Source: the human T2T-CHM13v2.0 reference genome, Homo sapiens. Taken from it: a stretch of DNA of 64,000 bases. Below the pieces are notes generated by a model that saw only the letters and a program-made list of their open reading frames with translations, searched no databases and was not told the DNA's origin. How positions within the stretch are numbered: the stretch's first letter is position 1; each line of letters starts with the position of its first letter. The position numbers were made by a program, and so were the translations under genes. Below, piece after piece: positions 1 to 12,623 of the stretch. The DNA is taken from NCBI RefSeq assembly GCF_009914755.1, contig NC_060925.1. One strand, written 5' to 3'.

Positions 1-716
1 ATTGAAATCATCATCGAATGGAATCGAATGGTATCATTGAATGGAATCGAATGGAATCATCATCAGATGGAAATGAATGGAATCGTCATAGAATGGAATC
101 GAATGGATTCATTGAATGGAATCAGATGGAATCATCGAATGGACTGGAATGGAATCATTGAATGGACTCGAAAGGGATCATGATTGAATGGAATTGAATG
201 GAATCATCGAATGGTCTCGATTGGAATCATTATCAAATGGAATCGAATGGAATCACCGAATAGAATCGAATGGAACAATCATCGAATGGACTCAAATGGA
301 ATTATCCTCAAATGGAATCGAATGGAATTATCGAATGCAATCGAATGGAATTATCGAATGCAATCGAATAGAATCATCGAATGGACTCGAATGGAATCAT
401 CGAATGGAATGGAATGGAACAGTCAATGAACTCGAATGGAATCATCATTGAATGGAATCGAATGGAATCATCGAGTGGAATCGAATGGAATTATGATCAA
501 ATGGAATCGAATGTAATCATCATCAAATGGAATCAAAAATAACCATCATCAATTGGTATTGAATGGAATTGTCATCAAATGGAATTCAAAGGAATCATCA
601 TCAAATGGAACCGAATGGAATCCTCATTGAATGGAAATGAAAGGGGTCATCATCTAATGGAATCGCATGGAATCATCATCAAATGGAATCGAATGGAATC
701 ATCATCAAATGGAATC

Positions 717-727
717 TAATGGAATCA
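717..727 (+). promoter_or_regulatory. TAATGGAATCA, a match to the DUX4 double-homeodomain consensus TAAYBBAATCA (representative; about two per unit)
   Basis: Motif read directly at 717-727, 2248-2258 and 2713-2723. DUX4 binding and activation of HSATII is established, but occupancy of these copies cannot be seen from sequence. Confidence 0.45.
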
Positions 728-3420
728 TTGAACAGAATTGAATGGAATCGTCATCGAATGAATTGAATGCAATCATCGAATGGTCTCGAATGTAATCATC
801 TTCTAATGGAAAGGAATGGAATCATCGCATAGAATCGAATGGAATTATCATCGAATGGAATCGAATGGTATCAACACCAAACGGAAAAAAACGGAATTAT
901 CGAATGGAATCGAAGAGAATCTTCGAACGGACCCGAATGGAATCATCTAATGGAATGGAATGGAATAATCCATGGACTCGAATGCAATCATCATCGAATG
1001 GAATCGAATGGAATCATCGAATGGACTCGAATGGAATAATCATTGAACGGAATCGAATGGAATCATCATCGGATGGAAACGAATGGAATCATCATCGAAT
1101 GGAAATGAAAGGAGTCATCATCTAATGGAATTGCATGGAATCATCATAAAATGGAATCGAATGGAATCAACATCAAATCGAATCAAACGGAATCATTGAA
1201 CGGAATTGAATGGAATCGTCATCGAATGAATTGACTGCAATCATCGAATGGTCTCGAATGGAATCATCTTCAAATGGAATGGAATGGAATCATCGCATAG
1301 AATCGAATGGAATTATCACCGAAAGCAATTGAATGGAATCAACATCAAACGGAAAAAAACGGAATTATCGAATGGAATCGAAGAGAATCATCGAATGGAC
1401 CCGAATGGAATCATCTAATGGAATGGAATGGAATAATCCATGGACTCGAATGCAATCATCATCGAATGGAATCAAATGGAATCATCGAATGAACTCGAAT
1501 GGAATCATCATTGAATGGAATCGAATGGAATCATCGAGTGGAATCGAATGGAATTATGATCAAATGGAATCGAATGTAATCATCATCAAATGGAATCAAA
1601 AATAACCATCATCAATTGGTATTCAATGGAATTGTCATCAAATGGAATTCAAAGGAATCATCATCAAATGGAACCGAATGGAATCCTCATTGAATGGAAA
1701 TGAAAGGGGTCATCATCTAATGGAATCACATGGAATCATCATCAAATTGAAACGAATGGAATCTTCATCAAATGGAATCTAATGGAATCATTGAACAGAA
1801 TTGAATGGAATCGTCATCGAATGAATTGAATGCAATCATCGAATGGTCTCGAATGGAATCATCTTCTAATGGAAAGGAATGGAATCATCGCATAGAATCG
1901 AATGGAATTATCATCGAATGGAATCGAATGGTATCCACACCAAACGGAAAAAAACGGAATTATCGAAAGGAATCGAAGAGAATCTTCGAACGGACCCGAA
2001 TGGAATCATCTAATGGAATGGAATGGAATAATCCATGGACTCGAATGCAATCATCATCGAATGGAATCGAATGGAATCATCGAATGGACTCGAATGGAAT
2101 AATCATTGAACGGAATCGAATGGAATCATCATCGGATGGAAACGAATGGAATCATCATCGAATGGAAATGAAAGGAGTCATCATCTAATGCAATTGCATG
2201 GAATCATCATCAAATGGAATCGAATGGAATCAACATCAAATGGAATCTAATGGAATCATTGAACAGAATTGAATGGAATCGTCATCGAATGAATTGACTG
2301 CAATCATCGAATGGTCTCGAATGGAATCATCTTCAAATGGAATGGAATGGAATCATCGCATAGAATCGAATGGAATTATCATCGAATGGAATCGAATGGA
2401 ATCAACATCAAACGGAAAAAAACGGAATTATCGAATGGAATCGAAGAGAATCATCGAATGGACCCGAATGGAATCATCTAATGGAATGGAATGGAATAAT
2501 CCATGGACTCGAATGCAATCATCATCGAATGGAATCGAATGGAATCATCGAATGGACTCGAATGGAATAATCATTGAACGGAATCGAATGGAATCATCAT
2601 CAGATGGAAATGAATGGAATCATCATCGAATGGAATCGAATAGAATTGTGGAATGAAATCCAGTGTGATCATCATCGAATGGACCCGAATGGAATCATCA
2701 TCCAAAGGAAGCTAATGGAATCAACATCGAATGAATCAAATGGAAACACCATCGAATTGAAACGAATGGAATTATCATGAAATTGAAATGGATGGACTCA
2801 TCATCGAATGGATTCGAATGGAATCATCGAATAAAATTGATTGAAATCATCATCGAATGGAATCGAATGGTATCATTGAATGGAATCGAATGGAATCATC
2901 ATCAGATGGAAATGAATGGAATCGTCATAGAATGGAATCGAATGGATTCATTGAATGGAATCAGATGGAATCATCGAATGGACTGGAATGGAATCATTGA
3001 ATGGACTCGAAAGGGATCATGATTGAATGGAATTGAATGGAATCATCGAATGGTCTCGATTGGAATCATTATCAAATGGAATCGAATGGAATCACCGAAT
3101 AGAATCGAATGGAACAATCATCGAATGGACTCAAATGGAATTATCCTCAAATGGAATCGAATGGAATTATCGAATGCAATCGAATGGAATTATCGAATGC
3201 AATCGAATAGAATGATCGAATGGACTCGAATGGAATCATCGAATGGAATGCAATGGAACAGTCAATGAACTCGAATGGAATCATCATTGAATGGAATGGA
3301 ATGGAATCATCGATTGGAATCGAATGGAATTATGATCAAATGGAATCGAATGTAATCCTCATCAAATGGAATCAAAAATAACCATCATCAATTGGTATTG
3401 AATGGAATTGTCATCAAATG

Positions 3421-5196
3421 GAATTCAAAGGAATCATCATCAAATGGAACCGAATGGAATCCTCATTGAATGGAAATGAAAGGGGTCATCATCTAATGGA
3501 ATCGCATGGAATCATCATCAAATGGAATCGAATGGAATCATCATCAAATGGAATCTAATGGAATCATTGAACAGAATTGAATGGAATCGTCATCGAATGA
3601 ATTGAATGCAATCATCGAATGGTCTCGAATGGAATCATCTTCTAATGGAAAGGAATGGAATCATCGCATAGAATCGAATGGAATTATCATCGAATGGAAT
3701 CGAATGGTATCAACACCAAACGGAAAAAAACGGAATTATCGAATGGAATCGAAGAGAATCTTCGAACGGACCCGAATGGAATCATCTAATGGAATGGAAT
3801 GGAATAATCCATGGACTCGAATGCAATCATCATCGAATGGAATCGAATGGAATCATCGAATGGACTCGAATGGAATAATCATTGAACGGAATCGAATGGA
3901 ATCATCATCGGATGGAAACGAATGGAATCATCATCGAATGGAAATGAAAGGAGTCATCATCTAATGGAATTGCATGGAATCATCATAAAATGGAATCGAA
4001 TGGAATCAACATCAAATGGAATCAAATGGAATCATTGAACGGAATTGAATGGAATCGTCATCGAATGAATTGACTGCAATCATCCAATGGTCTCGAATGG
4101 AATCATCTTCAAATGGAATGGAATGGAATCATCGCATAGAATCGAATGGAATTATCATCGAATGGAATCGAATGGAATCAACATCAAACGGAAAAAAACG
4201 GAATTATCGAATGGAATCGAAGAGAATCATCGAATGGACCCGAATGGAATCATCTAATGGAATGGAATGGAATAATCCATGGACTCGAATGCAATCATCA
4301 TCCAATGGAATCGAATGGAATCATCGAATGGACTCGAATGGAATAATCATTGAACGGAATCGAATGGAATCATCATCGGATGGAAATGAATGGAATCATC
4401 ATCGAATGGAATCGAATAGAATTATGGAATGAAATCCAGTGTGATCATCATCGAATGGACCCGAATGGAATCATCATCCAACGGAAGCTAATGGAATCAA
4501 CATCGAATGAATCGAATGGAAACACCATCGAATTGAAACGAATGGAATTATCATGAAATTGAAATGGATGGACTCATCATCGAATGGATTCGAATGGAAT
4601 CATGGAATAAAATTGATGGAAATCATCATCCAATGGAATCGAATGGTATCATTGAATGGAATCGAATGGAATCATCATCAGATGGAAATGAATGGAATCG
4701 TCATAGAATGGAATCGAATGGATTCATTGAATGGAATCAGATGGAATCATCGAATGGACTGGAATGGAATCATTGAATGGACTCGAAAGGGATCATGATT
4801 GAATGGAATTGAATGGAATCATCGAATGGTCTCGATTGGAATCATTATCAAATGGAATCGAATGGAATCACCGAATAGAATCGAATGGAACAATCATCGA
4901 ATGGACTCAAATGGAATTATCCTCCAATGGAATGGAATGGAATTATCGAATGCAATCGAATGGAATTATCGAATGCAATCGAATAGAATCATCGAATGGA
5001 CTCGAATGGAATCATCGAATGGAATGGAATGGAACAGTCAATGAACTCGAATGGAATCATCATTGAATGGAATCGAATGGAATCATCGAGTGGAATCGAA
5101 TGGAATTATGATCAAATGGAATCGAATGTAATCATCATCAAATGGAATCAAAAATAACCATCATCAATTGGTATTGAATGGAATTGTCATCAAATG
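3421..5196 (+). repeat. Representative canonical 1,776-bp unit (EcoRI to EcoRI)
   Basis: GAATTC in the context GGAATTCAAAGG at 3421 and again at 5197. ORF-track anchors 3027->4803 and 3581->5357 are also 1,776 apart. Confidence 0.95.
3458..4393 (+). repeat. Internal tandem pair of ~468-bp subrepeats (here called A and B) within the 1,776-bp unit
   Basis: AATCCTCATTGAATGGAAATGAAAGG at 3458 aligns with AATCATCATCGAATGGAAATGAAAGG at 3926; homology ends near 4394. Paired ORFs 3581/4049 are 468 apart. A markers: TTCTAATGGAAAGG, GGTATCAACACC, CTTCGAACGG. B markers: TTCAAATGGAATGG, GGAATCAACATC, CATCGAATGGACCC. Confidence 0.93.
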
Positions 5197-8100
5197 GAAT
5201 TCAAAGGAATCATCATCAAATGGAACCGAATGGAATCCTCATTGAATGGAAATGAAAGGGGTCATCATCTAATGGAATCGCATGGAATCATCATCAAATG
5301 GAATCGAATGGAATCATCATCAAATGGAATCTAATGGAATCATTGAACAGAATTGAATGGAATCGTCATCGAATGAATTGAATGCAATCATCGAATGGTC
5401 TCGAATGGAATCATCTTCTAATGGAAAGGAATGGAATCATCGCATAGAATCGAATGGAATTATCATCGAATGGAATCGAATGGTATCAACACCAAACGGA
5501 AAAAAACGGAATTATCGAATGGAATCGAAGAGAATCTTCGAACGGACCCGAATGGAATCATCTAATGGAATGGAATGGAATAATCCATGGACTCGAATGC
5601 AATCATCATCGAATGGAATCGAATGGAATCATCGAATGGACTCGAATGGAATAATCATTGAACGGAATCGATTGGAATCATCATCGGATGGAAACGAATG
5701 GAATCATCATCGAATGGAAATGAAAGGAGTCATCATCTAATGGAATTGCATGGAATCATCATAAAATGGAATCGAATGGAATCAACATCAAATGGAATCA
5801 AATGGAATCATTGAACGGAATTGAATGGAATCGTCATCGAATGAATTGACTGCAATCATCCAATGGTCTCGAATGGAATCATCTTCAAATGGAATGGAAT
5901 GGAATCATCGCATAGAATCGAATGGAATTATCATCGAATGGAATCGAATGGAATCAACATCCAACGGAAAAAAACGGAATTATCGAATGGAATCGAAGAG
6001 AATCATCGAATGGACCCGAATGGAATCATGTAATGGAATGCAATGGAATAATCCATGGACTCGAATGCAATCATCATCGAATGGAATCGAATGGAATCAT
6101 CGAATGGACTCGTATGGAATAATCATTGAACGGAATCGAATGGAATCATCATCGGATGGAAATGAATGGAATCATCATCGAATGGAATCGAATAGAATTA
6201 TGGAATGAAATCCAGTGTGATCATCATCGAATGGACCCGAATGGAATCATCATCCAACGGAAGCTAATGGAATCAACATCGAATGAATCAAATGGAAACA
6301 CCATCGAATTGAAACGAATGGAATTATCATGAAATTGAAATGGATGGACTCATCATCGAATGGATTAATGGAATCATCGAATAAAATTGATTGAAATCAT
6401 CATCGAATGGAATCGAATGGTATCATTGAATGGAATCGAATGGAATCATCATCAGATGGAAATGAATGGAATCGTCATAGAATGGAATCGAATGGATTCA
6501 TTGAATGGAATCAGATGGAATCATCGAATGGACTGGAATGGAATCATTGAATGGACTCGAAAGGGATCATGATTGAATGGAATTGAATGGAATCATCGAA
6601 TGGTCTCGATTGGAATCATTATCAAATGGAATCGAATGGAATCACCGAATAGAATCGAATGGAACAATCATCGAATGGACTCAAATGGAATTATCCTCAA
6701 ATGGAATCGAATGGAATTATCGAATGCAATCGAATGGAATTATCGAATGCAATCGAATAGAATCATCGAATGGACTCGAATGGAATCATCGAATGGAATG
6801 GAATGGAACAGTTAATGAACTCGAATGGAATCATCATTGAATGGAATCGAATGGAATCATCGAGTGGAATCGAATGGAATTATGATCAAATGGAATCGAA
6901 TGTAATCATCATCAAATGGAATCAAAAATAACCATCATCAATTGGTATTGAATGGAATTGTCATCAAATGGAATTCAAAGGAATCATCATCAAATGGAAC
7001 CGAATGGAATCCTCATTGAATGGAAATGAAAGGGGTCATCATCTAATGGAATCGCATGGAATCATCATCAAATGGAATCGAATGGAATCACCATCAAATG
7101 GAATCTAATGGAATCATTGAACAGAATTGAATGGAATCGTCATCGAATGAATTGAATGCAATCATCGAATGGTCTCGAATGGATTCATCTTCTAATGGAA
7201 AGGAATGGAATCATCGCATAGAATCGAATGGAATTATCATCGAATGGAATCGAATGGTATCAACACCAAACGGAAAAAAACGGAATTATCGAATGGAATC
7301 GAAGAGAATCTTCGAACGGACCCGAATGGAATCATCTAATGGAATGGAATGGAATAATCCATGGACTCGAATGCAATCATCATCGAATGGAATCGAATGG
7401 AATCATCGAATGGACTCGAATGGAATAATCATTGAACGGAATCGATTGGAATCATCATCGGATGGAAACGAATGGAATCATCATCGAATGGAAATGAAAG
7501 GAGTCATCATCTAATGGAATTGCATGGAATCATCATAAAATGGAATCGAATGGAATCAACATCAAATGGAATCAAATGGAATCATTGAACGGAATTGAAT
7601 GGAATCGTCATCGAATGAATTGACTGCAATCATCCAATGGTCTCGAATGGAATCATCTTCAAATGGAATGGAATGGAATCATCGCATAGAATCGAATGGA
7701 ATTATCATCGAATGGAATCGAAGGGAATCAACATCCAACGGAAAAAAACGGAATTATCGAATGGAATCGAAGAGAATCATCGAATGGACCCGAATGGAAT
7801 CATGTAATGGAATGGAATGGAATAATCCATGGACTCGAATGCAATCATCATCGAATGGAATCGAATGGAATCATCGAATGGACTCGAATGGAATAATCAT
7901 TGAACGGAATCGAATGGAATCATCATCGGATGGAAATGAATGGAATCATCATCGAATGGAATCGAATAGAATTATGGAATGAAATCCAGTGTGATCATCA
8001 TCGAATGGACCCGAATGGAATCATCATCCAACGGAAGCTAATGGAATCAACATCGAATGAATCAAATGGAAACACCATCGAATTGAAACGAATGGAATTA

Positions 8101-11100
8101 TCATGAAATTTAAATGGATGGACTCATCATCGAATGGATTCGAAAGGAATCATCGAATAAAATTGATTGAAATCATCATCGAATGGAATCGAATGGTATC
8201 ATTGAATGGAATCGAATGGAATCATCATCAGATGGAAATGAATGGAATCGTCATAGAATGGAATCGAATGGTTTCATTGAATGGAATCAGATGGAATCAT
8301 CGAATGGACTGGAATGGAATCATTGAATGGACTCGATAGGGATCATTATTGAATGGAATTGAATGGAATCATCGAATGGTCTCGATTGGAATCATTATCA
8401 AATGGAATCGTATGGAATCACCGAATAGAATCGAATGGAACAATCATCGAATGGACTCAAATGGAATTATCCTCAAATGGAATCGAATGGAATTATCGAA
8501 TGCAATCGAATGGAATTATCGAATGCAATCGAATAGAATCATCGAATGGACTCGAATGGAATCATCGAATGGAATGGAATGGAACAGTCAATGAACTCGA
8601 ATGGAATCATCATTGAATGGAATCGAATGGAATCATCGAGTGGAATCGAATGGAATTATGATCAAATGGAATCGAATGTAATCATCATCAAATGGAATCA
8701 AAAATAACCATCATCAATTGGTATTGAATGGAATTGTCATCAAATGGAATTCAAAGGAATCATCATCAAATGGAACCGAATGGAATCCTCATTGAATGGA
8801 AATGAAAGGGGTCATCATCTAATGGAATCGCATGGAATCATCATAAAATGGAATCGAATGGAATCAACATCAAATGGAATCAAATGGAATCATTGAACGG
8901 AATTGAATGGAATCGTCATCGAATGAATTGGATGCAATCATCGAATGGTCTCGAATGGAATCTTCTTCAAATGGAATGGAATGGAATCATCGCATAGAAT
9001 CGAATGGAATTATCATCGAATGGAATCGAATGGAATCAACATCAAACGGAAAAAAACGGAATTATCGAATGGAATCGAAGAGAATCATCGAATGGACCCG
9101 AATGGAATCATCTAATGGAATGGAATGGAATAATCCATGGACTCGAATGCAATCATCATCAAATGGAATCGAATGGAATCATCGAATGAACTCGAATGAA
9201 ATCATCATTGAATGGAATCGAATGGAATCATCGAGTGGAATCGAATGGAATTATGATCAAATGGAATCGAATGTAATCATCATCAAATGGAATCAAAAAT
9301 AACCATCATCAATTGGTATTCAATGGAATTGTCATCAAATGGAATTCAAAGGAATCATCATCAAATGGAACCGAATGGAATCCTCATTGAATGGAAATGA
9401 AAGGGGTCATCATCTAATGGAATCACGTGGAATCATCATCAAATGGAATCGAATGGAATCTTCATCAAATGGAATCTAATGGAATCATTGAACAGAATTG
9501 AATGGAATCGTCATCGAATGAATTGAATGCAATCATCGAATGGTCTCGAATGGAATCATCTTCTAATGGAAAGGAATGGAAACATCGCATAGAATCGAAT
9601 GGAATTATCATCGAATGGAATCGAATGGTATCAACACCAAACGGAAAAAAACGGAATTATCGAAAGGAATCGAAGAGAATCTTCGAACGGACCCGAATGG
9701 AATCATCTAATGGAATGGAATGGAATAATCCATGGACTCGAATGCAATCATCATCGAATGGAATCGAATGGAATCATCGAATGGACTCGAATGGAATAAT
9801 CATTGAACGGAATCGAATGGAATCATCATCGGATGGAAATGAATGGAATCATCATCGAATGGAATCGAATAGAATTATGGAATGAAATCCAGTGTGATCA
9901 TCATCGAATGGACCCGAATGGAATCATCATCCAACAGAAGCTAATGGAATCAACATCGAATGAATCGAATGGAAACACCATCGAATTCAAACGAATGGAA
10001 TTACCATGAAATTGAAATGGATGGACTCATCATCGAATGGATTCGGATGGAATCATCGAATAAAATTGATTGAAATCATCATCGAATGAAATCGAATGGT
10101 ATCATTGAATGGAATCGAATGGAATCATCATCAGATGGAAATGAATGGAATCGTCATAGAATGGAATCGAATGGATTCATTGAATGGAATCAGATGGAAT
10201 CATCGAATGGACTGGAATGGAATCATTGAATGGACTCGAAAGGGATCATGATTGAATGGAATTGAATGGAATCATCGAATGGTCTCGATTGGAATCATTA
10301 TTAAATGGAATCGAATGGAATCACCGAATAGAATCGAATGGAACAATCATCGAATGGACTCAAATGGAATTATCCTTAAATGGAATCGAATGGAATTATC
10401 GAATGCAATCGAATAGAATCATCGAATGGACTCGAATGGAATCATCGAATGGAATGGAATGGAACAGTCAATGAACTCGAATGGAATCATCATTGAATGG
10501 AATCGAATGGAATCATCGAGTGGAATCGAATGGAATTATGATCAAATGGAATCGAATCTAATCATCATCAAATGGAATCAAAAATAACCATCATCAATTG
10601 GTATTGAATGGAATTGTCATCAAATGGAATTCAAAGGAATCATCATCAAATGGAACCGAATGGAATCCTCATTGAATGGAAATGAAAGGGGTCATCATCT
10701 AATGGAATCGCATGGAATCATCATCAAATGGAATCGAATGGAATCATCATCAAATGGAATCTAATGGAATCATTGAACAGAATTGAATGGAATCGTCATC
10801 GAATGAATTGAATGCAATCATCGAATGGTCTCGAATGGAATCATCTTCTAATGGAAAGGAATGGAATCATCGCTTAGAATCGAATGGAATTATCATCGAA
10901 TGGAATCGAATGGTATCAACACCAAACGGAAAAAAACGGAATTATCGAATGGAATCGAAGAGAATCTTCGAACGGACCCGAATGGAATCATCTAATGGAA
11001 TGGAATGGAATAATCCATGGACTCGAATGCAATCATCATCGAATGGAATCGAATGGAATCATCGAATGGACTCGAATGGAATAATCATTGAACGGAATCG

Positions 11101-11283
11101 AATGGAATCATCATCGGATGGAAACGAATGGAATCATCATCGAATGGAAATGAAAGGAGTCATCATCTAATGGAATTGCATGGAATCATCATAAAATGGA
11201 ATCGAATGGAATCAACATCAAATGGAATCAAATGGAATCATTGAACGGAATTGAATGGAATCGTCATCGAATGAATTGACTGC

Positions 11284-11577
11284 AATCATCGAATGATCTC
11301 GAATGTAATCACATTCTAATGGAAAGGAATGGAATCATCGCATAGAATCGAATGGAATTAACATTGAATGGACTCGAATGGAATCAACATCAAACGGAAT
11401 CAAGCGGAATTATCGAATGGAATCGAAGAGAATCATCGAATGGTCTCGAATGGAATCATCTTCTAATGGAAAGGAATGGAATCATCGCATAGAATCGAAT
11501 GGAATTAACATTGAATGGACTCGAATGGAATCAACATCAAATGGAATCAAGCGGAATTATCGAATGAAATCGAAGAG
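11284..11577 (+). repeat. 147-bp tandem duplication in a variant (C-type) subrepeat
   Basis: AATCATCGAATG(A/G)TCTCGAATG...AATCGAAGAG occurs at 11284-11430 and 11431-11577. Both copies carry GGAATTAACATTGAATGGACTCG and GGAATCAAGCGG. Confidence 0.9.
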
Positions 11578-12623
11578 AATCATCGAATGGACTCGAATGG
11601 AATCATCTAATGGAATGGAATGGAATAATCCACGGACTCGAATGCAATCATCATCGTATAGAATCGAATGGAATCATCGAATGGACTCGAATGGAATAAT
11701 CATTGAACGGAAGCGAATGGAATCATCATCGGATGGAAACGAATGGAATCATCATCGAATGGAAATGAAAGGAGTCATCATCTAATGGAATTGCATGGAA
11801 TCATCATAAAATGGAATCGAATGGAATCAAAATCAAATGGAATCAAATGTAATCATTGAACGGAATTGAATGGAATCGTCATCGAATGAATTGACTGCAA
11901 TCATCGAATGGTCTCGAATGGAATCATCTTCAAATGGAATGTAATGGAATCATCGCATAGAATCGAATGGAATTATCATCGAATGGAATCGAATGGAATC
12001 AACATCAAACGGAAAAAAACGGAATTATCGAATGGAATCGAAGAGAATCATCGAATGGACCCGAATGGAATCATCTAATGGAATGGAATGGAATAATCCA
12101 TGGACTCGAATGCAATCATCATCGAATGGAATCGAATGGAATCATCGAATGGACTCGAATGGAATAATCATTGAACGGAATCGAATGGAATCATCATCGG
12201 ATGGAAATGAATGGAATCATCATCGAATGGAATCGAATAGAATTATGGAATGAAATCCAGTGTGATCATCATCGAATGGACCCGAATGGAATCATCATCC
12301 AACGGAAGCTAATGGAATCAACATCGAATGAATCGAATGGAAACACCATCGAATTGAAACGAATGGAATTATCATGAAATTGAAATGGATGGACTCATCA
12401 TCGGATGGATTCGAATGGAATCATCGAATAAAATTGATTGAAATCATCATCCAATGGAATCGAATGGTATCATTGAATGGAATCGAATGGAATCATCATC
12501 AGATGGAAATGAATGGAATCGTCATAGAATGGAATCGAATGGATTCATTGAATGGAATCAGATGGAATCATCGAATGGACTGGAATGGAATCATTGAATG
12601 GACTCGAAAGGGATCATGATTGA

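Noticed and set aside
536-560. Imperfect inverted repeat AATAACCA...TGGTATT once per unit as a hairpin or terminator
   Set aside because: Short, AT-rich, bulged stem with no U-tract; expected by chance.
915-930. GAATCTTCGAA as a heat-shock element
   Set aside because: Only two correctly spaced inverted nGAAn units; a canonical HSE needs at least three.
11284-11577. 147-bp duplication equals the nucleosome core DNA length
   Set aside because: Fully explained as three 23-mers plus three 26-mers joined through monomer homology, and all copies appear to descend from one event, so the coincidence carries no evidence.
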